Assembly (NCBI GenBank): GCA_963710985.1
Contig: CAVQCI010000003.1
Coordinates: forward strand, 812,654-876,653
Reading direction: 5' to 3'
Source: an uncultured Actinomycetes bacterium
Lineage (GTDB): Bacteria; Actinomycetota; UBA4738; HRBIN12
Length of the DNA: 64,000 nucleotides
Program-made: the position numbers and the translations under genes
Part shown: in pieces, positions 18,202 to 27,080 of the stretch
Layout: each line of letters begins with the position of its first letter
Numbering within the stretch: position 1 is the stretch's first letter
The notes under the pieces: generated by a model
What the model saw: only the letters and a program-made list of their open reading frames with translations
What the model was told of the DNA's origin: nothing
The model's database searches: none

Positions 18202-19830
18202 ATGGCGGTGACCGAAGCTCCGACCGCAGCGCTCGCCCCCGAGCCGGAACGCGGGCGACCCGTGGATTGGCTGACCACGACCGATCACAAGCGGATCGGG
18301 ATCCTCTACCTCATCAACAGCTTCCTGTTCTTCGCGATCGGCGGTGTGTTCGCTCTCCTGATGCGGACCGAGCTGGCGCGACCCGGGACGCAGATCCTGG
18401 CGCCGCGTGCGTACAACCAGATCTTCACGCTGCACGGCACGCTGATGATCTTCCTCGTGATCTTCCCGCTGCTCGCGGGCTTCGGGAACTACTTCGTGCC
18501 GCTGCAGATCGGCGCGCTCGACATGGCGTTCCCCCGGATCAACGCCCTGTCGTTCTGGCTGCTACCGACCGGTGGTCTCACGATCCTGTCCGGGTTCCTC
18601 GCGAAGGGTGGCGCGGCCGCGGCCGGCTGGACGAACTACTCCCCGCTCGCCTTGCAGCTCGGCACCGGCGAGGATCTGTGGCTCGCCGGGCTGATCCTGG
18701 TGGGAACGGCCTCGATCCTCGGCGGGATCAACTTCATCGTCACGATCCTGCGGATGCGTGCGCCGGGCATGACGATGATGCGGCTCCCCGTGTTCACGTG
18801 GAGCATCCTCGCGACGTCGCTCCTCGTGATCCTCGCCGCGCCGGTGCTGACCGCCGGGCTGCTGATGGTCTTCGCCGACCGTCAGCTGGGCACGGCTTTC
18901 TTCGACCCGTCGCGCGCCGGCGTCGTGCTGCTCTGGCAACACATCTTCTGGTTCTTCGGCCATCCCGAGGTCTACATGCTGATCCTCGGCGCGTGGGGGG
19001 TCGTGACCGAGATCGTGTCGGTGTTCTCGGGCAGGCCGATCTTCAGCTACCGAGGCGTCGTCCTGTCGTTCCTGCTCATCACGGCGTTGTCCTTCAGCGT
19101 CTGGGCCCACCACATGTTCGCGACCGGCGCCGTCGAGTTGCCGTTCTTCAGCGTGACGACCGAGATGATCTCGATCCCCACGGGCGTGCTGTTCTTCATC
19201 TGGCTCGGGACGCTCTGGCGCGGCAAGATCCGGTTCGAGCCCCCGATGCTGTTCGCGCTGGGCTTCATCGCGATGTTCCTGATCGGCGGGATCGACGGCG
19301 TCTGGGCAGCGTCGCCGGCGATGGACTTCGCGATCCACGACACGTATTGGGTGGTCGCGCACCTGCACTACGTGCTGTTCGGCGGCACGCTCTTCGGCGT
19401 GTTCGCGGCGATGTTCTACTGGTTCCCGAAGATGACGGGGCGGATGCTGTCGCGCCGCCTCGGCATCTGGCAGTTCTGGCTCCAGTTGGTCGGGTTCAAC
19501 CTCACGTTCTTCCCGATGCACATCCTCGGGTTGCGCGGGATGCCGCGGCGGATCGCCGATTACCCGCCGGACCTCGGATGGAGCTTCCTCAACCTGCTCG
19601 CCACGATCGGCGCGTTCACGATCGCGATCGCGATGATCCTGTTCTTCACCAACGTCTTCCTCACGCTTCGCAAGCCGCGAACGGCGCCGAACGATCCCTG
19701 GGGCGCCAACACGCTCGAGTGGGCGACGACGTCCCCGCCACCGCCGCACAACTTCGACGCGCTTCCCCCGATCCGGTCGGATCGCCCCCTCTATGACCTG
19801 CGGATGGCTGGAGGTGAGACGCAGTCATGA
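18202..19830 (+). CDS. ctaD: Cytochrome c oxidase subunit I (haem-copper oxidase catalytic subunit)
   Basis: WLTTTDHKRIGILYL..GHPEVYMLILGAWG..AHHMF..HDTYWVVAHLHYVLFGG. 12 TM. Confidence 0.95.
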   Translation: MAVTEAPTAALAPEPERGRPVDWLTTTDHKRIGILYLINSFLFFAIGGVFALLMRTELARPGTQILAPRAYNQIFTLHGTLMIFLVIFPLLAGFGNYFVPLQIGALDMAFPRINALSFWLLPTGGLTILSGFLAKGGAAAAGWTNYSPLALQLGTGEDLWLAGLILVGTASILGGINFIVTILRMRAPGMTMMRLPVFTWSILATSLLVILAAPVLTAGLLMVFADRQLGTAFFDPSRAGVVLLWQHIFWFFGHPEVYMLILGAWGVVTEIVSVFSGRPIFSYRGVVLSFLLITALSFSVWAHHMFATGAVELPFFSVTTEMISIPTGVLFFIWLGTLWRGKIRFEPPMLFALGFIAMFLIGGIDGVWAASPAMDFAIHDTYWVVAHLHYVLFGGTLFGVFAAMFYWFPKMTGRMLSRRLGIWQFWLQLVGFNLTFFPMHILGLRGMPRRIADYPPDLGWSFLNLLATIGAFTIAIAMILFFTNVFLTLRKPRTAPNDPWGANTLEWATTSPPPPHNFDALPPIRSDRPLYDLRMAGGETQS

Positions 19831-20414
19831 GCGCCGTGACCACCACCAAGCAGGGGGCCCCCGCCGAGATGAGCGGGCCCGTCCTGGGGATGGTCCTGTT
19901 CGTGGCCTCCGAGGCGATGTTCTTCGCCGCGTTCTTCGGTGGGTACTTCACGATCCGAGCCAACGCGAAGCAGTGGCCGCCCGCCGGGATCCCGCACCTG
20001 GAGATCGACATCGCGACGATCCTTACGGTGATCCTGGTGTCGAGTTCCGTGTGCGTGCAGATCGCGCTGCGCTCGATCCGTGCCGGGCACCAGCGCGCGA
20101 TGACCGTCTGGCTCGGTGCGACGATCGGCCTGGGGATCGTGTTCCTCGCGCTGCAGCTCTACGACTATTCCCAGTTGGGTTTCGGGGTGAAGGACGGGGT
20201 GTTCGGTTCGCTGTTCTATGTGATGACCGGCATCCATATGGCGCACGTGTTCGGCGGCGTCGTCTTCCTGCTCCTGGTCTTCGGCCAGGCGACGCGCGGG
20301 CGGCTCTCGCCGAGCCGGCACGACTCGCTGGCGGCCGGCGCGATCTACTGGGACTTCGTGGACGTCGTCTGGTTGTGCCTGTTCACGGTCTTCTACCTAC
20401 TGACCCCGAGGTGA
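19827..20414 (+). CDS. ctaE: Cytochrome c oxidase subunit III
   Basis: ATGA overlap with ctaD. LFVASEAMFFAAFFGGYF..YVMTGIHMAHVFGGV..YWDFVDVVWL. Confidence 0.9.
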   Translation: MSAVTTTKQGAPAEMSGPVLGMVLFVASEAMFFAAFFGGYFTIRANAKQWPPAGIPHLEIDIATILTVILVSSSVCVQIALRSIRAGHQRAMTVWLGATIGLGIVFLALQLYDYSQLGFGVKDGVFGSLFYVMTGIHMAHVFGGVVFLLLVFGQATRGRLSPSRHDSLAAGAIYWDFVDVVWLCLFTVFYLLTPR

Positions 20415-20418
20415 TCGC

Positions 20419-20793
20419 ATGAGGTTCCTGTCGCAGATCCTCGTGGGGCTCGGGGCGTTCCTCGTGGTCGCGGGCGTCGTCTACGCGCTCACGGCGGACG
20501 AACCCTCCGGAGCTATACACCTGCTCGTGACGGCGCTCACCTGCTTCTTCCTCGCGATCGTCGCGAGGAGGGTCGCCAGGAGCGAGGGCGAGGAAGAGGC
20601 GGCGGTCGAGGCGGTCGAGGTCCACGTCGGCCCGACGATCTGGCCGTTCGGGTTCGCGATCTCGGGGGTGCTCCTCGCGCTGGGGCTGATCGTGAGTCCT
20701 TGGATCCTGATCGCCGGCGGGCTCGCGTTCGCGACCTCCGCAGCAGGCTGGCTGCGGGCGGTCGCTCGATCACACACCCCCGCTGAGTCGTAG
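20419..20793 (+). CDS. ctaF: Cytochrome c oxidase subunit IV (actinobacterial CtaF-type small membrane subunit)
   Basis: 124 aa with 4 TM immediately after ctaE. Topology matches actinobacterial CtaF. Confidence 0.7.
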   Translation: MRFLSQILVGLGAFLVVAGVVYALTADEPSGAIHLLVTALTCFFLAIVARRVARSEGEEEAAVEAVEVHVGPTIWPFGFAISGVLLALGLIVSPWILIAGGLAFATSAAGWLRAVARSHTPAES

Positions 20794-20798
20794 CTGAG

Positions 20799-20981
20799 TC
20801 AACCGCGGACGATCAGCACGGCGGTGGCCAGGACCATCGTCGCGAGCACCACGAGGAACACGGTCGCGTGGTACTGGGAGGGGCTCGGTGCCGGCAGTCG
20901 CCCCGGGTTGCAGCGGGCGCACACAGAAACTCCCTCCGCCACGGGACCGCCACACCGGATGCATCGCTGGGGTCTCGTCAT
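20799..20981 (-). CDS. Small zinc-ribbon membrane protein (CxxC-x10-CxxC + 1 TM), hypothetical
   Basis: MTRPQRCIRCGGPVAEGVSVCARCNPG then TM VFLVVLATMVLATAVLIV. Its ATG overlaps the ctaG stop (ATGA). Confidence 0.5.
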   Translation of the reverse strand: MTRPQRCIRCGGPVAEGVSVCARCNPGRLPAPSPSQYHATVFLVVLATMVLATAVLIVRG

Positions 20982-21832
20982 CGAACCTCTTCTCCCATCT
21001 CCACTCGAGTGTCCCACCCGCCGGCGCTTGCGAGCCGGGCGTCGACCCGACGCGCCTCGCGCTCGTCCGCCCGCATCCATCCCAGGAGCACGAGCACGAG
21101 GGCGGGAAGGACCATGACCATCGAGGTGACCCACATGATCGCGCCCGCGGCTTCCTGGTCGCTGAGCGCCCCCGCGACACCCTCGGCCTGCGCGTACGCG
21201 GGATAGAGCACGTCGCGGGTGCTGGCGATGGTCAGCCCGAGGAACGCCATCGCCGGCATCGCCAGGAACAGGTAGAGGATCTTGGCGGGATAGGACAGGG
21301 CGGCCGGTGTCGGATCGCGGCCCATCACCGGCATCCAGAAGAGCAGCGCGGTCCCCAGGTACGCGAGGTGCTCGGCGGCGTGCAACGCGTCGCTATGCAA
21401 GGTCGCGCCGTACAGCCCGGTCAGGTGCGTCCCCCACATCACTGCGAAGAAGAGGGACCATGCGAGCATCGGGTTCGCGAGGGATCGCGCGGCCCGGCTC
21501 CGTAGCCCAGCCAACAGCAGCCGTCGGGGCCTCCCGGGCCAGGCACGCAGCGCGAGCGTGAGCGGAGCCCCGAGCAGCAGGAGCGGCGCCGCCACCATCG
21601 TGAGCAGCAGGTGCTGGACCATGTGCATCGAGAACGACGTCTCGGCACCGGTGTCGACGGGGCCGGTGAGGGCGATCACGAGCACTGCGAGGCCCGTGAA
21701 GAAGGCGAGGCGCTGCCTGCCCGGCGCCCCATGCCCGTGCGCGCGGTGCACGCGGGCGTGCGCAACCTCGTACCCGACGGCTGCGACGGCTACGAGCAGG
21801 GCGGCCGGATCAGCGGGCAGGATCCCGAACAT
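20978..21832 (-). CDS. ctaG: Cytochrome c oxidase assembly factor CtaG (caa3-type, Caa3_CtaG family)
   Basis: Multi-TM with SFSMHMVQHLLLTMVAAPLLLLGAP and HLAYLGTALLFWMPV typical of CtaG. Confidence 0.75.
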   Translation of the reverse strand: MFGILPADPAALLVAVAAVGYEVAHARVHRAHGHGAPGRQRLAFFTGLAVLVIALTGPVDTGAETSFSMHMVQHLLLTMVAAPLLLLGAPLTLALRAWPGRPRRLLLAGLRSRAARSLANPMLAWSLFFAVMWGTHLTGLYGATLHSDALHAAEHLAYLGTALLFWMPVMGRDPTPAALSYPAKILYLFLAMPAMAFLGLTIASTRDVLYPAYAQAEGVAGALSDQEAAGAIMWVTSMVMVLPALVLVLLGWMRADEREARRVDARLASAGGWDTRVEMGEEVR

Positions 21833-22943
21833 CCTCGCTCACGATCACGAGTGGATCCGTGGTCCTTGCGATCTCCCGGAGTCGCGCCGGCGCCTCTGGG
21901 GCCGTGAGCGGCAGCGTGACGCGGAACGTGGTCCCCCTCCCGACCACGCTCTGGACGGCGATCTTCCCGCCGTGCCCTTCGACGATCGCTTGGACGATCG
22001 GCAGCCCGAGCCCGGATCCGCCCGTGTGCCTGCTCCGCCCGGGGTCCGCCCGGGCGAACCGCTCGAAGATGCGATCCAGGTCGGCAGGCGCGATGCCCTC
22101 CCCGGTGTCGCGGAACGAGACGATCGCGGATCCTCGGTCGCGGCGGACGCCGACCTCGATCGTGTCGCCCTCCTGCGTGTGCTGCACGGCGTTCTCGATC
22201 AGCGCGTCGAACGCCACCTCCAGCCGCTCGGCGTCGACGCGGACGATCGCTTCCTCGGCGGATCCGAGCACCCATCGCCGAGGCGTCGCCGCCCACCGGC
22301 GGAGCGCGTCCAGGACGATCCCCTCGACGTCGACCGGGACCAGGTGGAGCAGCGCCGGATCCTCGGTCCCCGCTAAGAGCAACAGGCGGTCGGCGAGGCG
22401 ACGCAGTCGCATCAACTCGTCCATGACCACCGCGGCGTCCTCCGCGCTCGTGTCGTTCGTCTGCTGACGCTGGATCAGCTCGACGTGGCCGAGGGCGACG
22501 GTGATCGGGGTACGCAGCTCGTGCGACGCATCCTGGATGAACCGGCGCTCGCGCTCGAGGAGCCGCAGGTTCTGCATCGAGACGCGCTCGGTCTCGGCCA
22601 TCGCGGCGAGCCGGCGCCGCGCGTGCCACACCATCGCCAGGAACATCGCGGCCATCAGGGGAACCTCGGTGAGCTCGTCGAGCGGCTGAGCGCCGTTCGC
22701 GAAGTCGATCGCGATGAACGACCCGGTCGTCACCATCACGACGGCGAGCACCGCCAGGGTGGCGCCGGTACGCCACACGCGGAAGCCGTAGAGCACGGTG
22801 AGGCTCACCCAGATGAAGTGGAACGGCACGGTCTCCCACTCGGGGACGAGGACCATCGCCGCGAGGTTCGCGACCGAGAACGCCGCCCAGGCGACGTCGA
22901 TCCACCGCTCCCGCGTCGGCCACTCCGGGTGCTCACGTCGCAT
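21810..22943 (-). CDS. Sensor histidine kinase (HisKA + HATPase_c), membrane-anchored
   Basis: H-box FIQDASHELRTPITVALG. N box LIENAVQHT. G boxes DTGEGI and GGSGLGLPIVQAIVEGHGG. N-terminal TM helices. Confidence 0.9.
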   Translation of the reverse strand: MRREHPEWPTRERWIDVAWAAFSVANLAAMVLVPEWETVPFHFIWVSLTVLYGFRVWRTGATLAVLAVVMVTTGSFIAIDFANGAQPLDELTEVPLMAAMFLAMVWHARRRLAAMAETERVSMQNLRLLERERRFIQDASHELRTPITVALGHVELIQRQQTNDTSAEDAAVVMDELMRLRRLADRLLLLAGTEDPALLHLVPVDVEGIVLDALRRWAATPRRWVLGSAEEAIVRVDAERLEVAFDALIENAVQHTQEGDTIEVGVRRDRGSAIVSFRDTGEGIAPADLDRIFERFARADPGRSRHTGGSGLGLPIVQAIVEGHGGKIAVQSVVGRGTTFRVTLPLTAPEAPARLREIARTTDPLVIVSEDVRDPAR

Positions 22944-23637
22944 CGACGCGATACCCCACCCCTCTGATCGTCGTGATGGCCCCGGCGCCGAGCTTGGCGC
23001 GGAGGCGACGGACGTAGACGTCGACGACGTTGGAACCGGGATCGAAGTGGTAGCCCCACACCGAAGACAGCAGGTGCTCCTTCGACACGGCCTTGCACGG
23101 GCTGCGCATCAGCTCCAGCAGCAGGAGGAACTCCCGTTCGGCCAGCGACACCGGACCGGCGCCGACGTCGGCCTGACGCCGCAGGAGGTCGAGCGTGACC
23201 GGGCCGGCCACCAGCCGGGTCGGGTTCGATCTCGCGGCGGCACGGAGTCGTGCGCGGACGCGGGCGAGCAGCTCTTCCAGCGAGAACGGCTTGGAGATGT
23301 AGTCCTCGGCGCCGAGCTCGAGCGAGCTGACCTTCGACGCGGTGTCGGTCCGCGCCGAGAGCACGAGGACGGGTTGGGACGGGTCGCGGTCGACGATCGT
23401 GCGCAAGAGCGTGTAGCCGTCGAGCCCCGGCATCACGAGGTCGAGGATCACGAGGTCGTAGCTGCGGGACACCGCCAGGCGGAGGCCCTCCTCGCCGTCG
23501 CGTGCGGCGTCGACCTGGAAGCCCTCGGCCTCGAGCCCGCGTTTGACGAAGTTCGTGATCCGCTGCTCGTCGTCGACCAGCAGGATGCGACCGGCGCTCG
23601 CCGGTACGCCATCGGACGGTTGGGCGGACGATCCCAC
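22933..23637 (-). CDS. OmpR-family two-component response regulator
   Basis: Receiver ILLVDDEQRI..DLVILDLVMPGLDGY. Winged-helix C-terminus ITTIRGVGYRV. Confidence 0.9.
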   Translation of the reverse strand: MGSSAQPSDGVPASAGRILLVDDEQRITNFVKRGLEAEGFQVDAARDGEEGLRLAVSRSYDLVILDLVMPGLDGYTLLRTIVDRDPSQPVLVLSARTDTASKVSSLELGAEDYISKPFSLEELLARVRARLRAAARSNPTRLVAGPVTLDLLRRQADVGAGPVSLAEREFLLLLELMRSPCKAVSKEHLLSSVWGYHFDPGSNVVDVYVRRLRAKLGAGAITTIRGVGYRVDAT

Positions 23638-23852
23638 GGGCCCCTCCCCAGGTTCCAGCCAGGAACACTAGTCACGAGCAGCGCCGCTGGATAGGGGGGT
23701 CCGGGAGAGGCCAACGTGACACTTCTGTCATCCAGAGGAATCCCTCGGAAGCGCCCCCAACGCGCGGATACGCGCTGTCCGGCTGCATCAAGGCCTGATG
23801 GCCCTCGGAGTCCGTGAAGAGGAGTCAGACCATGGTATGGGGGTGAAGAGCG

Positions 23853-24359
23853 ATGATGAAGGCCGGAGCGGGGACGACCCACGAGGAGCACGCGACCTTC
23901 TACGCGGAGCTCCAGGAGATCGAGGCGCTGGCGGACGCGGTCGGCACGTTGGAGCCCGGCGAGCTCCACCGCCGTGCCGCCGACGTGGAGGAGTTCCTGG
24001 CGCACACCGTGATGCCGCACGCCGTCGCCGAGGGCATGGTGGTCTTCCCGATCGTCCGCAAGGAGACGGGCGAGCCCACGATCGGCGTGCGCATGACGCA
24101 GTGTCACGTACAGCTGAGCCGGCTCACCGACGAGCTTGGACGCGAGGTCGATGCGATGGGCAAGAAGCCCTCGGCGACCGCGGAGCGCGATCTGCGCAAG
24201 ACCCTGTACAGCATCCACGCCGTGCTCACGGGCCACCTGGCGGAGCAGGATCAGGAGGTCGAGCCGCTGCTGGAGGCGAACCTGCCGAAGGAGGAGCGTG
24301 AGGCGCTGTTCGCGGCGGTCGAGCGAACCGCGAAGGAGGTCGCCGACCAGTACGAGTGA
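23853..24359 (+). CDS. Hemerythrin-like (HHE cation-binding) domain protein
   Basis: Helical protein with spaced His/Glu (HEEHATFYAEL..FLAHTVMPHAVAEG..HAVLTGHLAEQDQEVEPLL). Confidence 0.55.
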   Translation: MMKAGAGTTHEEHATFYAELQEIEALADAVGTLEPGELHRRAADVEEFLAHTVMPHAVAEGMVVFPIVRKETGEPTIGVRMTQCHVQLSRLTDELGREVDAMGKKPSATAERDLRKTLYSIHAVLTGHLAEQDQEVEPLLEANLPKEEREALFAAVERTAKEVADQYE

Positions 24360-24453
24360 CGCCACCGAGCGGGTCGCGTGATCTTGGCGATCCGATGGAG
24401 AACGCGGCGCCCCTGGGCTCCGGGGTCGGCCCGCGCCGAAACTGAGGCAACAC

Positions 24454-25944
24454 ATGGAGCGGCGTTCGGCCCTCGGGTCCCGTCTCGGGCCTCTGCTCGT
24501 CCTCGTCATGGCGGGCGTAGCCTGCACGAGCCCTCGCACCACCTCCCCGTCCGCGGACGCTCCGAGCGCGCCCGTCTCCGTCTCCGGCGGACCGTGCGTG
24601 CGCTACGTGTCCCCGAGCGGCGACGATCGCAACGCCGGCGGACGCCAGGACCCCTGGGCCACGCTCCAGCACGCGGCCGAGACCGTGCCCGACGCGGCGT
24701 GCATCGTGCTGTTCGCCGACGGCACCTACCGGAGCGCGAACGAGATCGATCGGACCTTCACGACGCGGACCGTCTTCCGCGCGGTGCACCCGTACCACGC
24801 CGAGTTCGTGAGCGACGGCTCGGCGCTCGATCTCGGCGGCAACGCGCGCAACATGGTGTTCAGCGGGCTGCAGTTCCGCCAGACGGGCCCGAGCGCGGTC
24901 GGCGTGATGGTCTACGTCTCCGGCAACGACACCGGCACCGAAGCGCCGAGCGACATCACGTTCAGGAACGACGTGTTCCACGATTCCTGGGGCGACGATC
25001 TGCTGAAGATCCGGGGCCGCGCCAACTCGATCGTGGTAGACGGCAACATCTTCTACAACCAGTCGGACCAGGGCCAGGGCGAGCAGCACATCGACGTGAA
25101 CAGCGCGAGCGACGTCACGATCGAGGACAACGTCTTCTTCAACGACTTCGCCGCGAGCGGGCGTCCGGACGATCACATCTCGCAGCACTTCATCGTGGTC
25201 AAGGACAGCGGGGGGAGCGCCGACGGGCAGCTCGGGAGCCAGAACGTCACGATCCAGCGCAACGTCTTCCTCAACTACGAAGGCTCGAAGGCGAGCATGA
25301 TCGCGGTCGGCAACGACGGGAAGCCGTACTACGAGGCCGACCACGTGACGATCCAGGACAACCTGATGCTCGGCGACGGTCCCGACGAGCTCTACGCCGC
25401 GCTCACGATCAACGGCGCTCGGGACGTCTCGTTCCTCAACAACACGGTGGTCGGCGATCTGCCGTCCTTGTACTACGCGTTCGAGATCGGCTCGAAGGGT
25501 CAGAACCCGCCGAACCAGCAGATCACGATCGCGAACAACATCTGGTGCGACCCGACGGGGACGATGAGCACGGTCTCGGGCGGCACGCCGTCGGCGACGT
25601 CGGGGTTCACGCTCGGCCACAACCTCTCCTGGAACGCCGGCCACGCGATCGATCCGGGCGCGCTCATCGGGTCGCTCACTGCGGCGAACGGGATCATCGG
25701 CGATCCGGGGCTCCGCGCGAAGGAGTCCTCGATCGCGCTTCCTTGGTGGAACGGGTCGGGGTTCGCGAGCGGGGACCGGACGGTGCGCGACGCCTTCGTC
25801 CGGCTCGTGTCGACCTACGGCTCGATCCCGAGCGGCAGCCCGGCCGTGGGCGCCGCGGATCCCACGCTCGCACCGCCAACCGATATCCTCGGACGACCGC
25901 GAGGCGCGCCCCCTGACATCGGAGCCTTCGAGGCCGCGACCTGA
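24454..25944 (+). CDS. Secreted right-handed parallel beta-helix repeat lipoprotein (pectate-lyase-fold family)
   Basis: Lipobox MAGVAC. Repeated NxxFxN/DNxF beta-helix rungs (ITFRNDVFHDSWGDD, VDGNIFYNQSD, TIEDNVFFNDF, TIQRNVFLNYEG, TIQDNLMLGDG). C-terminal GRPRGAPPDIGAFEA. Confidence 0.75.
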   Translation: MERRSALGSRLGPLLVLVMAGVACTSPRTTSPSADAPSAPVSVSGGPCVRYVSPSGDDRNAGGRQDPWATLQHAAETVPDAACIVLFADGTYRSANEIDRTFTTRTVFRAVHPYHAEFVSDGSALDLGGNARNMVFSGLQFRQTGPSAVGVMVYVSGNDTGTEAPSDITFRNDVFHDSWGDDLLKIRGRANSIVVDGNIFYNQSDQGQGEQHIDVNSASDVTIEDNVFFNDFAASGRPDDHISQHFIVVKDSGGSADGQLGSQNVTIQRNVFLNYEGSKASMIAVGNDGKPYYEADHVTIQDNLMLGDGPDELYAALTINGARDVSFLNNTVVGDLPSLYYAFEIGSKGQNPPNQQITIANNIWCDPTGTMSTVSGGTPSATSGFTLGHNLSWNAGHAIDPGALIGSLTAANGIIGDPGLRAKESSIALPWWNGSGFASGDRTVRDAFVRLVSTYGSIPSGSPAVGAADPTLAPPTDILGRPRGAPPDIGAFEAAT

Positions 25945-25978
25945 CGTTCCCCACCCCGACACGCGAGGAGACCCGGCG

Positions 25979-26830
25979 ATGGATCGTGTGCGAACACTGA
26001 CGCTCGTGGGAGCCTTGCTCGCCGTGCTGATCCCGGGCCCCGCCGAAGCAGCCGTGCCTGCCGCTCACGCCCGCGCCGTCGCGCGGGCGAGCAAGCCTCC
26101 TGTGGTCGTGATCGTGCTGGAGAACCACGAGTACGGCACGATCATGCGGTCGTCCTCTGCGCCGTACCTGACCGGGACGTTCCGGCGCCGCGGGACGCTG
26201 TTCACGCGGTACCACGCGCTGCACCACCCGTCGCTGCCGAACTACCTCGACATGACGTCGGGCACGACGAGCGGGTGCACGAGCGACTCGTGCCCGCGCA
26301 GGACCTACCGCACGAACAACCTCTTCCACCAGCTCTCGCACGCCGGGATCGGATGGGTCGCGTGGCAGGAGTCGATGCCGTCGCGATGCGCGCTCAACTC
26401 CTCGGGTACCTACGCGGTCAGGCACAACCCGCCCGCCTACTACCGGGACCTGTTCCCGAAGATCTGCCCGGCCAGGGACCGGCCGTATCCCTCGAAGCTC
26501 CCGGCCAGGAGGCCACCGTTCACGTTCATCACGCCGAACGTGTGCCACGACATGCACGACTGCTCGATCGCGGTGGGCGACCGATGGCTCAAGGCGCACG
26601 TGCCGCCGCTCCTGCGCCGGGGCGCCGTGGTCGTGATCACGTTCGACGAGGGCACGACCAGCGAGGGCGGCGGCGGCCACGTCTTCACGGCGGTCGCCGG
26701 CCCGGGCGTGCGTCGAGGTGTCAAGGACACGCACCGCTACACGCACGAAGGGCTGCTCGCGGGCCTCGAGCGCTGGTTCGGCCTCAGGCGCCTGCACGGT
26801 GCCGCGAAGGCCCGGCCGCTCCCACTGTAG
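25979..26830 (+). CDS. Secreted phosphoesterase-family protein (second PF04185-like paralog)
   Basis: Signal peptide. VVVIVLENHEYGTI..SAPYLTG..SLPNYLDMTSG..VVITFDEGT..HEGLLAGLERWFGL. Parallels the protein at 11305..12315. Confidence 0.75.
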   Translation: MDRVRTLTLVGALLAVLIPGPAEAAVPAAHARAVARASKPPVVVIVLENHEYGTIMRSSSAPYLTGTFRRRGTLFTRYHALHHPSLPNYLDMTSGTTSGCTSDSCPRRTYRTNNLFHQLSHAGIGWVAWQESMPSRCALNSSGTYAVRHNPPAYYRDLFPKICPARDRPYPSKLPARRPPFTFITPNVCHDMHDCSIAVGDRWLKAHVPPLLRRGAVVVITFDEGTTSEGGGGHVFTAVAGPGVRRGVKDTHRYTHEGLLAGLERWFGLRRLHGAAKARPLPL

Positions 26831-26885
26831 GCACCGGCATCGGAACGGATCAGCTCTTCCACGGGTTGAGTGCGAGCATGGCCGC

Positions 26886-27071
26886 ATGCGTTGGACACGA
26901 CCCGCAGCCGGTGCCTGTCTGATCGCGATCGGCGGCATCTGGGCGTTCCAGGGGTACGGCACGCTGAAGGGGAGCTTCATGACCGGCTCGCCGACGTGGC
27001 TGTGGATCGGGATCGCGTGCGTCGTGGCCGGCGCCGCGCTGCTCCTCACGTGGGCCAGGGCGCGCCGGTAG
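26886..27071 (+). CDS. Small two-TM membrane protein, hypothetical
   Basis: 61 aa: AGACLIAIGGIWAF and WLWIGIACVVAGAALLL hydrophobic helices. Weak RBS. Confidence 0.4.
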   Translation: MRWTRPAAGACLIAIGGIWAFQGYGTLKGSFMTGSPTWLWIGIACVVAGAALLLTWARARR

Positions 27072-27080
27072 AGGGGCGAC

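Noticed and set aside
18267-19796. 509-aa + ORF and 18562..19749 minus ORF inside ctaD
   Set aside because: Shadow ORFs of the cytochrome oxidase subunit I gene. ctaD identity is unambiguous.
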